From: Xylographa opegraphella
Taxonomy: Eukaryota
DNA length: 64,000 nucleotides
Direction of reading: 5' to 3'
NCBI GenBank assembly: GCA_022813865.1
Contig: JALDZX010000061.1
Coordinates: 1-64,000 of the forward strand
Made by a program: the position numbers and the translations under genes. Of the stretch, positions 52,266 through 64,000 are shown piece after piece. Position 1 is the stretch's first letter; the number at the start of each line of letters is the position of its first letter. The notes beneath the pieces are model-generated. The model saw nothing but the letters and a program-made list of their open reading frames with translations, was not told the DNA's origin and did not search any database.

Positions 52266-52430
52266 ATAATGTCTGCAATGATAATGTCTGCAATGATAAT
52301 GTCTGCAATGATAATGTCTGCAATGATAATGTCTGCAATGATAATGTCTGCAATGATAATGTCTGCAATGATAATGTCTGCAATGATAATGTCTGCAATG
52401 ATAATGTCTGCAATGATAATGTCTGCAATG
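52266..52430. repeat. Perfect 15-bp minisatellite (ATAATGTCTGCAATG) x11
   Basis: 11 identical units counted, no spacers. Confidence 0.97.
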
Positions 52431-55048
52431 ACTGACGAACTCTGAATGTTCAATGATTCAAGTGGTATTCCATCGCGGGATCGTTTCTGAGCCCCTTCAG
52501 ACCTTCTGAAAGGACTGCTCTTGCGCCTAGTTCATACGGGATAACATGATCATCTCATCAGTACCGGCATGTGGCCCTAATTCTCTTCTACAATAAGTTA
52601 AGAAGCTATTGTGTGTGGCATTCCACTAATTGAAGTATTTTTTGCTATTTATTTTACTCTTATTGACGTTACTTTTCATTCCCAATTTGTACAACCTTGC
52701 TCGTAAGTAATCGTTTTCGATGGACTTGGTCGTGCGATTCTCTTTCAAACAAAATTTACAACGTCACCTGTTGCCCTTAACTTGCTACGAACCAGGACGG
52801 TGCCTGGTAATACAACGGTACCGCACGGACTTTCTCCTCGTTCAGCTACTGTTCTCACATCCTGGTGTGCCAATTGTTGATTCCATGCGATTTTGCCTGG
52901 CGTCATACATTAGATGATAATTGTTCAGGCCTTCTATATAATGCTATCGAGAAATAGCCGATTACTGTGCGTCTGGTCTTTTGTACTACATTGATAGAAG
53001 TGAAAAAGAGAGGTTGGTATTGTTTCCAAAGTGACAGGTTGGCGGAAGAGGCACAGGAACAACCAAGGGAATGTGAGGTAGAGATCAGGCTGCCTTTCCT
53101 GTTCTCTGATCAGAGATCATGTCTACTGTGAGTGACTATTTACATGCCAGGCGCATAACGGCTTGTCCGCTTGAATCGCTGCAACGTGTTTACAAAGCCT
53201 GGATATTCATTGTTTCTCTCGATTTTATTCCTCGAAGAATATCGGAGCCCGCAATATGGCGGAGCCCGAATGTCACTTCTACAATGACCTGCCCAAGCAG
53301 CCAGCAGCGAGTGAGACCACTGGATGTCAGCGCTCCAGCCTCACTCCGCCTTTGCGCATCTAACGCAAATTAGCTACACCCAGCCTGCACCTACCGTGCA
53401 ATCACATATCTGTGATGTGAGAAAACTAGGCGCTGCCGCTGGAAGTCTAGAAAATGATGGTCACTAGTAGTAGCAGGAATTACAGAGAGATTGTGCGGCC
53501 GGGTGGCCCGCCGTTCCTAGGCATGCCCGAGGCGATGCTGAAGAGGCAAAACAAGATACCCGCGTCATACTTTCAGAAAAGATGGTCATGCTCGTACGTG
53601 TTTCAGGCAGGTCTGGCTTTAGTTTAAAGCCGTAGTTTGGATGCACCTTCTTTCGCGGTTACTGGAGTCGATTCCTTGCTTACATAGGAGGGAAGATTTC
53701 GTTGAATATCCAGATGTGATCAAAGTACCGAAATAAATTTGAATCAGTTTCCTTTATTTACAGACTACAACATCCAGAACTGAAATCCATTGCAGAAAGA
53801 TCTACGTTGAAACTCTGTCTGCTAGTGTGTTGACATTATCATATTATGTGATTGCTGGGAACTGAGGCCTATACTTCCGAAGCTGCTCGTGGCCCATCAA
53901 GCTTGAAGATGTACGCTCAGTTCCTATCCTCTACCGATGTCTGCCGCCTTCCAATCATTGATCTAGCACATAGCCTTTAAAAAAGGATAATCGTATGTGC
54001 ATCTTTAGGTATCTATATCTTGCCCTTGAGAGCTGTAGTCAAGAAGCTACACTAAGAGATCACGCCTCTACTTCTTTTCGTTCATGTGAGCGGTGACTGA
54101 AGCTAAGGGAGAGATAGCGCTGACGACAAGAACCTGATCCTATCACACAACAGGGAGAAGGCATTCATCGTCGCGATATTTGTGTATGTTAAACAGTAGT
54201 ACGGAGTAGAGCAGACCACTAAGATACCTGTACTAGATTTGCCTAATTCGGACTAGTGTAATATACAACAACCAAACTAGCGCCGGATGTTCTCCTCTCC
54301 ATTGTGGCAGTCATCACCTTGATGGCTTTTCTGCAGGCAGTCTACAACATTTCATTCACAACCAGCACAGACTCCCCAAGCTGCGACCTTTTTGGTAGAG
54401 GCCTGGGCATGCAATAAGATACTAAACCACATGAATGGTTCTGTCCTTGAGTCCTTAGTGTGTGAATGGCTGTCCACGCACAGCACATTGTTGTAGCTCA
54501 CCTGATTTCTTTTAGTTGATGACTATCTTTTCAGTGCTGGTGATTATACTTATAGGTATCGGTGCTCTCACTCTAGGTCTCTTCCGACGTCTTGAGACCG
54601 CTTCACACCGGCGTATCCTTCTCCTATGTCCAAGTCAAATCCTTTCTGTTAGCATGTCGCTAAGCTCATGACATTAAGCGACAGTCTAAGTCCAAAGGAA
54701 TTAAGCTCTTTGCACTCTCTCTTCCACTCAGCACAATCAAAGCATTCGGTCGATACTTCTGTAAAAATCTCATCACATTGGGTATCTCCTGCCTGATCAG
54801 GAACTAACGAAAAACGTGAAACTTATTCTGGCCTCGACATCGAAACTCCTCAACCTGTGCAGGAATGTCAACTCAAGGTGTCTGACAAGGATTTCCTCTC
54901 CGGGGAATTGCAACCAAGCTCATAGCTGGGGATCATTAAAAGCACGAACGTGAAGTTTTCAAAGTCGTACCACCAGGATTTTTCGAAGCTTGTAGCAAAG
55001 TTTACCACGGTCTCTTGTTGCTGTGCCATCTGCAGAATTCGATACACG

Positions 55049-55904
55049 ATGAACTCTGTTGCTGCTCCTTGTGGATTTCTTGCCTTGCCTGGTGTAAGTT
55101 TTGAGAAATTGATCTTCAAACCGTCAGCCCAATGCCTAATCCCTTCAGGAACTTCGGAACAAAATATACAAACTGGTCTTCGAGTTTTGTCATTACGAAA
55201 TCAAGCGACCCAGACAGGGTAAAGGCCTTACTCATACAATCTACCGAATGGATCGCCCCGGATCAGTGCTCTGGTACGAGGGCCGAAAGATTTACTCACC
55301 ACTTACCAGCATCAGTTTCATATGCCGTGACGAGATTGCGGTCAACCTGCTTCGAACGTGCCGCAAGATACACGACGAAGCGCTATCACTTTGCTATGCG
55401 TCTGCATCCTTCGGGTTCTGGAGTAGACGGCTCCTGGAGAAGTTTCTTTCCACAATCAATCCCATAGCAAAGACATCGATCGAGAGACTCCTTATTCAGC
55501 ATGAGACCTATGGCGATCCTTACCATACGGAGGATGTTCGTTGGAAGTCGGTTCATGATCTTAAATGGGAAACTTGCTGTGAGATGGTCAGCCAAGAGCT
55601 TGTGGGTCTTCGTAACCTCACGATACTATTAAAAATCAACGATCGGCCTCTAAAGCTGAACTTGACCGCGGACTGGGCACAACCTTTGTTGACATTTCAC
55701 GGTCTAGGTCTCAAGCATTTCAGGTTGGAAATATTAGCAAACGGTATCGATTCACACACCACTCCTAGACTAAGCAGTTGTGCTCGATTTCTCGAAAGGG
55801 CCATTCTTGGTGCTGAGTACAAAGAGGAAGACAGACACAGAGTCCGGAACTTTTGGTCCCAGCCTCTCCCGAAGGCAATCAGATGCTTAGTCATCAAATA
55901 TTAG
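55049..55904 (+). CDS. F-box-like fungal hypothetical protein (LPxExRxxIY ... LLxTCRxxxxE family), 2 exons
   Basis: MNSVAAPCGFLALPG, then intron 55094-55148, then ELRNKIYKLVF in frame with ORF 55248-55904 (LLRTCRKIHDEALSLCYASASF). Confidence 0.8.
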
Positions 55905-56171
55905 AGAGGTGCAGACGTCTGCATCCTAATACAAGCACCAATCTTGTCGCAGAAAATCATGTAATACTTGCAAGCCTTGTGGAAGCAGACACCTAGATAA
56001 TGGTCTGAGCTTGGGACGTGTGACACAAGACTAGGGCATCACAAAAATCAGACTCAGAACCTCAAAAAAGCGTCATTCGATCCATATTTTTGAATCTCTT
56101 CCGAACTCTGTGCTTCGTGTGCGGGAATACCGCGTCGAAAAAGACATCGTGACTCTTTGGGGGTGCGCGCA

Positions 56172-57761
56172 CTATAGTAACAAACTGATCGGCGCAGATG
56201 GCAGAAGGTTCACGAATGCTGGCGGGTTCTGTACTGTATCCGGAGCTGTCCACATTATTCCAAACTCTCCACCGAAGTATAGTGTTGTCCACCAAAATTT
56301 CTCCACCCCAGGCTTATCCTGGCCAAGCATTACTTGACAACAAAGACCTTGTGGGGTGGTCATCAAGTAGCCGTCTGTCCAGAGCTGCCCTTCATTTACA
56401 GCGACATACTTAGCACTGAACATAATGCTGGTGAGATTCTTGAAAAGGCAACTTCGTTGCAGGATTCCTGAAACCCACTGGGTAAGTCTCTCATTTAGCC
56501 TACACCGATCCACACTGGCCACAACTTTGACACTTCGGATAGCGCTGATCTGATCTGGTGACCGAGTCCTCAAGAAGTCCAGTAAGTCGCTCTCAGTAAA
56601 CTCAAAGTTATTGAGACGATAAGGCATGAGTCGCGCATCCTCATAGACCATACGGCACGTTCTGAGCGAGGCTAGGCTTAAGGTCGATTTATTGCGAGCA
56701 AGGTCATGGCATTTACCACCACATTCATATGTGGGATATTTGTTGTTCGCCCTCTGACAAATGCGGTGATGGAGATCATCGACCGGCCAATATCCGTGAT
56801 GGAAATTTGCGCGCTCGGAGACGAGTCCTAGTTCTGCTGCCTGTAAATGGAACCTCAAGCTTTCAACCAAAAGTCCATTCATTGACTCCATGTGGAATGA
56901 ATTGGTCCTGCCGTTTAAGATTTTTACGTGGATGTGATATACGCCGAATATGTTTTGATAAATCTTATCACGAACCTCTCGAGGCATATCCATGAAATTG
57001 ATAGAGATTCGTTCTTCGGAAGGCTTAGCTGACACGATCGAAGGTTCTCCACAATCGAGACCAACACTGAGGTTGGTTTGGGCTCCTTTTTTAAGCTGAC
57101 AACGATGTTAGACAACCTTTTGTTCCGGGGGCAAGCACGTACATATTCAATCTCGGCGTTGGCTTTAGACACACTCTCCCGAGCGATAATTATAGCCTCT
57201 ATTGCAGAAGTTTTCTGCTATTGACAAGGATGTTAGTTAAACTTATAGCTCAAGGAGTAAGTACGTACAAGGTCAAGTTTGATACAGGCTTCAGTCACTT
57301 TGATCCTGGCGGTATCGATGTGAGTTCTGACATTCAGTCTTTGTGCAGGAGTAAAAGGGATCTGACGGTTATGTTAGATATCTTGTCACTTCAGGGTTAC
57401 TTACGTACCGATTCAAGCTTGGCCCTGGCCTTGATCAGACGCTCGATGGCAGCAGTCAGGTGGTTATTGATGTTGTCCTCTTCTGCAGGAGCCATATGAA
57501 GCTAACGACCATGTTAGATAGCCCTGTATTGCAAGGTAAACTACGTACAACGTCAGGCTCAGCAGTGGCATCGGTCAGATTATCCATGACGGACATTATT
57601 GGCGTCGTTACTGCTCGTCGTTGGGCGAGCGTAGGATTACTCAAGGTGCGTAAGTTGCGTAAGTTGCGCAAGGTCTTAGCATTATAGAGAGGACAAAAAT
57701 TATCAACACCAAGTTTCGCTTTTCTAGACCTACCTAGCGTCGTTCGCTTGGTGTGTATCAT
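56172..57761 (-). CDS. F-box-like hypothetical protein with four exon-encoded helical repeats at its N-terminus
   Basis: Phase-0 introns 57502-57548, 57362-57408, 57218-57268 and 57096-57142 splice in frame to ORF 56172-57035 (FMDMPREVRDKIY; SLRTCRMVYEDARLMPYRLNNFEF). The start and the extreme C-terminus are uncertain. Confidence 0.75.
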
Positions 57762-58225
57762 ATCACGCTTGGGGGGCAATTTCCGCACTTTGGGAAGTTT
57801 AGTATGACACACTGACAGAGCTGGAAATCTAGTAAACCTTCGCAAATCGAATAGCTTTGCTGCCACTACTTCTTCCTAAGTTCAATTGACACAGTCTCTA
57901 AGCTTACCGATCAAGCACTGCATTCAGGAATTCGATAGCTGAAACTACACATCTTCCTCCTATTCTGTCAGTTGAATCCCACTTGAGGCCCAAACAAAGA
58001 CCTGATCCAGTGTGAAGCACAGATTTCTCAGTCTTCCATCCTGAAAAGCACTTATTCAACCCCCTGGTGTCTTTTTGTGTGCTTGTCTTCCCCACTCATA
58101 AAGCACATTCGTTCATACAACTACTTTCTGTGTCTTCTGATCCAGAAATTACCATACCAAGGCTTTCAACGACATTCCGCACACCTTAATCTACTATGTT
58201 ACCTGTATTTGCACTCGAGATCATC

Positions 58226-59275
58226 ATGTCAACTAAATCCGACGCGTCTTGCCTCCAGTTTTATGACTCGGATGTAAAGATGCTATCAAACTCGGAACAA
58301 TTCTCAGAGAGCCAATCTGGGGAGCATAAGCAATCTGGGGAGCATAAGCAATCTGGGGAGCATGAGCAATCTGGGGAGCATAACCAATTCGAAGACGCCA
58401 AAGAGCCTTCAAGCGATCCAGAAGAGTCGGTGACTACTATACCAGGCCTCTTCAGCCTTCCTCTGGAGATCCGGCTTCAAATCTACCTCCTCGTCGTTGG
58501 CAACCTCACAATCATACTGCTCCCCAACAAACCCATGGTCAAATTCGCGCCCAGGCTCTTTAAGTTTTACCCCAACTGGCCTCACACGTCCCTTACGCAC
58601 CGGCTCGCCCACGCTACACGTTACACGGCTACTGCCATCAGCGCGGAGCCATTTTGCCTCAGTAAGCGCGACAAACGACCCACGACCTCCGCTATGCGCT
58701 GCTTCCTCTCCTACCGCACCCCCCCGCACCTCTCCCTCCTCCTCTCTTTCTCCCTCCTCACCACATGCCGCCAACTCTACGCCGAAACGGTCTCGATCCT
58801 TTACAGCACCGCCACCTTCCGCGTGCAAATCCAGTACCTCTTCAACTTCCTAAAGAACCGCACTACCGCCCAGCTGCACCAGCTGCGCCGCCTCGCTATC
58901 GGGGGCGCCCTTCGCAGCAAGCTGGAGGCGCGCACGTTCCGGCACGTCATGGTCGCCGCGGCGTGGGCGTGTCCCCCGATCCAGAATTTGCACGTGGAGT
59001 TGGGGTTGGGGGAGGATCTGTGGAGACTCACGTGCGTGAAGGGGGCCAATATCGGGTGGCTGCAGGGGGTGAGGGCTTGGGGTGGAAGGGGCCTGCAAGA
59101 GGGGAAGGTGAGGTTACGGCCGGGGGACGGGGTGAAGGTCGGTGAGGGGGCTAAGAAGGGGATGGTGACGCTGGCGGGGTTGTTGGAGGCAGAGTTGCTG
59201 GCGGTGGCGGCGGTGCCGGTGGCTGTTGCGGCTGAGGAAAAAGAGGAAGACTTGGTCAAGGAGGGAGGAGCATGA
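58226..59275 (+). CDS. F-box-like fungal hypothetical protein (same family)
   Basis: LFSLPLEIRLQIYLLVVG and LLTTCRQLYAETVSILYSTATF motifs; QSGEHK repeats near the N-terminus. Confidence 0.8.
   Translation: MSTKSDASCLQFYDSDVKMLSNSEQFSESQSGEHKQSGEHKQSGEHEQSGEHNQFEDAKEPSSDPEESVTTIPGLFSLPLEIRLQIYLLVVGNLTIILLPNKPMVKFAPRLFKFYPNWPHTSLTHRLAHATRYTATAISAEPFCLSKRDKRPTTSAMRCFLSYRTPPHLSLLLSFSLLTTCRQLYAETVSILYSTATFRVQIQYLFNFLKNRTTAQLHQLRRLAIGGALRSKLEARTFRHVMVAAAWACPPIQNLHVELGLGEDLWRLTCVKGANIGWLQGVRAWGGRGLQEGKVRLRPGDGVKVGEGAKKGMVTLAGLLEAELLAVAAVPVAVAAEEKEEDLVKEGGA
58313..58389 (+). repeat. 18-bp coding tandem repeat (CAATCTGGGGAGCATAAG) x4
   Basis: Encodes QSGEHK QSGEHK QSGEHE QSGEHN. Confidence 0.9.
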
Positions 59276-59435
59276 GAGCGGCTTCTTGTGGAGGGCTCAT
59301 GACCCGGCGATCGGAGTTGCTAGCGGTGGCGGCGGTAGCGGCGATTGTTCGGGGCGAAGACAAAGAGGAAGGCTTGGTCAAGGAGGGAGGAGCATGAGGG
59401 CGGCTTCTTGTGTAGGGCTTATGACCCGGCGATCG
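59192..59435 (+). repeat. ~122-bp imperfect tandem duplication spanning the stop codon
   Basis: gagttgct..gcggtggcggcggt...aaagaggaag.cttggtcaaggagggaggagcatgag.gcggcttcttgtg.agggct.atgacccggcgatcgg occurs twice (59192-59313 and 59314-59435). Confidence 0.9.
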
Positions 59436-60477
59436 GGCGGGATACGATCAACCCTTGTGATTTTTGCGTGGAGATGTCACGCTTCATGCCTGTATTCTAG
59501 TTAGACTAGAATGCTCCATGTTGCCCCTGCTCTAGCGTTCTCGCGCGACCCCAATCATGAACACCAACCAGCGAGTTTCTCTCCAATGTACTCGCTCGCC
59601 GATCCATCCCGCTACCATCCAACCGTCCCTCTTCCCCTCTCCCTTGCTCGTCAGCTACCAACACACCTATCCAAGTAGGATGCTCGTCCCTCATCCCTCG
59701 CCACCATACAGCATACCCCCGCCCCCATCGCGGAGCAACCTCTTAGCCTAGTGGACGTACACACCCTCTCCCAGAGCCCGCGATCGTCCCTCTCCCCCCC
59801 TCGTTCTCGGGATGAAGTCCACCCTTGGGCCGGGAACTTATCAGCACCTCAACTGTGTCCTGGAATCAAGTTAGCGGACTCGTGTTGGATTGCGGGCTAG
59901 GGAGGAAGGATGTGTTTAGAAGGGCGAGAACGTTGGAGGCGAGTGGGGAATGTCAGGGTGAGATAGGGGCGGAGACGGGGTTGTGGGAAGGGGAAAAGGG
60001 GGACGGAGCGGTCATGGACGTTATGGAGCGGAGGATGAGAGCGAGGAAGATGGAACATAGAACACTTTTGTTGTCGGATGGATAGGGAGCAGAAGCAGTG
60101 GGCTATATTGGCCCTGTTCAGCGCACGGGATTCGCATGATTGAGGCTCGTGAGAAAAGTGCTCCGGGCGTTGAGCGAGCAATGGCTCCGGGTTATAAACA
60201 CGTCACCGGCAGCAGCACGAACATGAATTAGATGTTTCTGCAATGATTGGTAGACCGACAGCCAAGATTACATCTCATGCGACCGCTCCTCCACGCCGCG
60301 AGCACCCAGCACCAAAAGGAAAATAGTCCGATAAAGTAAGTGGGAATATAAACGATTGACAAAAGAAAAGAAGAAAAGCCCTGCCACGGCATACCGGCGT
60401 CCAGTCCAGTCCGGTCCATTTCAATATACACATAGCTCCGTTCCAACATCCCTATCCCCCTCCGTAGAAAATCACAT

Positions 60478-62147
60478 TCAGTACAGATCCCGCTTCCTCA
60501 AGCCCGGACTCGCCGGTGGGGTCCCTGACCTCCCGTTCGTACTGTACGCCATCCCGGACCCCGCCCCACCGAAATGCAAGCTCTGCGGCTGGAAGCTGGG
60601 ACTTGCGAGTGGACTCGAGTAAGCGCCGGGGATCGGCACGGCATCGTATGTCTGCTCGCCTGGCGCAGCTCCCACGTGCTCTTGCACCGTCGGGCCAGGC
60701 TGAAAGCCGTTCTGCTCGAGGATAGGTGTCGCCTGAGTGACCCGTACCGGTGGTGGTTGAAGTGCGAAAGGTTTCGGTTGCGAGAAGGATTGATGCTTAC
60801 TGATGTATTGAGCCTCGTCGTCCGAGCCAAAATACTCGCCCTTTTCGGCAACGTCAATCTCGTCGTCGTCATGCAGATGAGCACCAAAGGTGGTACCCGT
60901 TGGGGTTTTCATGAAGCCGGGCGTGTTGGGTGCCGATTGGGTGCGCAGTTGCGCAAGGTAAAGGTCGGAGCGGGCGCGGTCACGGACGTTCATGGATTTG
61001 TGAAGCTTGCGTTTAGAGCGCAGCCGGTAGAAGACTATGCCGTAGAGGGTAATGGTGATGACTTCGACGATGATCTCAATGAGGGCACAGATCAAGGACC
61101 AATTCTGCGGGTGGAGATTAGTGAGGTTCGAAAGATAGGGACTTGAGGAAGCAATGTACCTGGAGGCGACAGACGAGGTCGTAGTGGACTTCGTCTTGGA
61201 ACAGGGTACGACGTCTGTTATCATTGCAAGCCCAGCCCCACATGTCTTGACCATTACCATTGGCTTTACTCGCATGGAGGACAGCGGCTCCCATGATCCA
61301 CATGACGGTGCTGAAGATGAAGAAGCCGATAGAGAAGGTGGTGTAGTAAATAGCGGTCTTCTGCGCCCGATTATGACCGCCTCTCCAGTATGAGTAGAAA
61401 ACGGTAAGGCAGATTGCTAGCGAGACGCAGGAGATACAGAGAAGAGTGATTTGTGGCCATGTTTGCTGTCCTTGAGCCCATACAGGAAGACTGTTTCGAG
61501 GTGGTAGTGCTTTTGTCGCATTAAATATCTGGAAGGTTGTTGAGAGCATGGAGAGGACAATGAGACTGCAGCTGAAGTTGACGCCACGCAGGAAAAATTT
61601 GGCCATCCGTACTCGGACTTTGACTTTCTACCGCACTGATTAGTGATTTATAGTGGCATCCTACTCATGAACAACTCACAAGATCTGCAGCATTTTGTTT
61701 CTCAGTCTTCAGCTCCTCCTTCTCTAGAACGACTTCCTCTTGGAAAGTTGGACTCCGGGGATCAATGAAACGACCGGGAGTCCCAGGAGGCTTCAGAGCA
61801 CTCCTCATTGGAGAGCGGGGTGTGAGGGGTACTTCAATACTGGTATGCTTGAGCCTGTCACTCTGCGACATGTAGCCAAAGCCAATATCGGATGGTTGTG
61901 GTTGTGGGGCGAGATGAGTTGTTATGATAGGAGGTCCAGCGAACGGATTCCTGCTGTTGAGTGTAGGTCCAATGGGAGAATTCACTGAGGTGGCCTCAGC
62001 AAACCGGGCTGTTCGTGGAGTCTTTATCGAGAGAGTCGAGGAGCTCGAGGAAGTTCGCGGTCGAACGGTGACCTGCGGACCTTTCTTCTCTTCCGAGACT
62101 GTTTGCGAGGAGGCTTGCTTCGGGACATCGCCATCTGGACCCGACAT
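60478..62147 (-). CDS. Hyphal anastomosis HAM-8-like multi-pass membrane protein, 3 exons
   Basis: KTPRTARFAEATSVNSP, KVRVRMAKFFLRGVNFSCSLIVLSML, DMWGWAC, LVCRLQ|NWSLICALIE and RDRARSDLYLAQLRTQSAPNTPGF. Confidence 0.75.
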
Positions 62148-64000
62148 CTTCGCAATCGGCTGACGTGAGACTGTAGAGACCTGATTCACCTCACTGGGAG
62201 GAAAGAGTGCCCCGTCGCAAGAGCTCTCTGGAAGACTCTTGGGAGACTGCACTCGCAACGACGAGATCTATTCACAGACGGGTGATGGAAAGAGTGAAGT
62301 GGTACGAGAACAGAGGAAGTGACCGGCAGGTCCACGGTTTTTGTCTTGGGCGCCTATTTTCCGCTGGTGTTCCAGTCAGGTACGACAAGCACCAAATTGG
62401 GAGCTCGATATCACAAAGACAATGAAGACTTGCGACAGCGAGGAATGATCCATCGAGATGGAGGGATCCCCCATATCTAAGACTCGGCGCGAACGGCCGC
62501 TGGGCGTCAAGCTGGTGGAGGGGTGAGAGTGATAGGCTGGAAGGAGGAGAGCCCGAAATAGCTTAAGGACGTGGATGTGCCTGCGATTGGTGGTCCGTTC
62601 GTCGCAGATGCGACCAAGTGCCCGATCAAGCGCATTGATTGGCCCGAGTCTGACCACTGGAACTCCTCCACTGCATCTGCAAGCTGGATGATGCCGCCCG
62701 CTTCCTGCAGGTGTGCACACACTAATCCGGGAGCTCAGCGCTTAGAATGAAGCCACGACATTCCAGCCCACTGTCGGTCCAACACAAGCAACAGGTGTAG
62801 AAACCGATCGTGTTTCCGTAACAGTGCTTGTGACGATGGGATGCTGAATGAAGCATGAGATGCTTCAGAGCAGGAGACTGCACCGACCGCATTCACGATA
62901 CAAGACTGGCACTGCCCACAAGCATCATGGAAGAAGTGCGGAGAAGTTTGCGACAAGCGTGCCAAGCATTTCCACCCTGGAATGGTCCATAATTAGTAGC
63001 TATTCTGCCGTCGACGGCCCGCTACGGCGTAATTTGGTACTATTTATCGGTCCTCTCTCGCTGATGATCACGTGATGTGAATCACTGGCCACCAAAAATA
63101 CCTATTCAAACTTTTCCATTTCTGCATAACATCCGTCCTTACTCCCCAGACCCATGACACCGGCAGTCCATCTACCGACTGAGGCTCAGGGAGCTACGTG
63201 AGAGACGATGCCACGGTGCCTAAGGGCTTACAGTAAGCTGTCCAAAAGAAGCTGGACCAGGTCTTCCAAAAAGGCTTCGTGTAGAGCGAGTCTCTCAGGG
63301 AGGAGCAGAGCTCGCAGGAATAGCTTTAGGATGCTTGAGGAATTTGGGGAACTCGGTCCAGGCCATTGTCTCTTTCGAGGGAAAGGGCAAACCGAGTTCC
63401 TGAAATAATAGGTATGCAATCTAATTGGAAGCATCTTGATCTAATGTTGAGGTTGTAAATCCTTGGCTGTATCTCTTGTTGCCCGCCTTGCACACACAAG
63501 TTGACTTTGCGCATAGTGAACCCTCTGAAGTTGTCCTTGCCGTCACTTGATTTCCTTTGGACTTGATCTGATACTATTCATCGGTCAGCATCGTCTCTCT
63601 CATATCGGCACCTGAAATAGCTTCCCTCGCCCCGAGTCCAGGGTCCAATGGCATGCCTTCGAGCTCGATGTTGTCTCCTCGGCCTCTGATAGTAGAGTTA
63701 TCTTCAACTATGTATTCGCAACCCATCTGATCAGCTCAATGAGCCCCTCTTTGGGTATCAACTCTGGCAGCCAGATGACGAATGACTGCTCTAGCTTCAC
63801 AATCGGTTGGGCTCGTCATAAGGTAGGTAAGATAGGTCACGGAGCAGGGTTCAGCAATGCGTGAAACAGCTATCTAGGATCTCAAGGTTTAGCAAACATG
63901 GAACAGTAACCTTGTTTGAGAATAGTCGATAGTAGCAAAAGAATTATATTAGATGACATCGCTACGGACTACTCCGTAGCCGGAGTTCAAGTGATGCAGT

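Noticed and set aside
52266..52430. CRISPR-like array or coding repeat (ORFs 52175-52453, 52193-52435, 52237-52428)
   Set aside because: No spacers, eukaryotic context and no cas genes. The ORFs are simply open frames through a 15-bp minisatellite.
63200..63780. Minus-strand coding-like fragments with one plausible intron
   Set aside because: Frames are interrupted and no family is recognised, so a gene call cannot be supported

Overview
Intron-rich eukaryotic DNA from a filamentous ascomycete (Pezizomycotina). The inference rests on short GT-AG introns with CTRAY branch sites and on the gene content. Most of the window is housekeeping genes: Sam37/metaxin, DUF1769, pyruvate kinase, kynurenine 3-monooxygenase, MetAP1, Eis1-like, Spp2, Utp13, Sad1, a Pth11-like membrane protein, Pre1, Rrp9, a Psh1-like RING ligase, a 2OG-Fe(II) oxygenase, NatB Mdm20, uridylate kinase and a HAM-8-like protein. 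Five features stand out. (1) A spliced TET/JBP-like 2OG-Fe(II) dioxygenase at ~3.4-5.0 kb. (2) A cluster of three divergent F-box-like paralogues at 55-59 kb; the middle one has an N-terminus built from four tandemly duplicated exon+intron cassettes. (3) A uridylate kinase locus whose mitochondrial-type leader ORF is in frame with the kinase but separated by one TAA, which a weak 63-nt intron could remove. (4) Recurrent C-rich-to-G-rich skew switches. (5) An intergenic TACCTTA/TAAGGTA motif. All family assignments come from recognising motifs by eye; no database searches were run, and exon boundaries are manual predictions.
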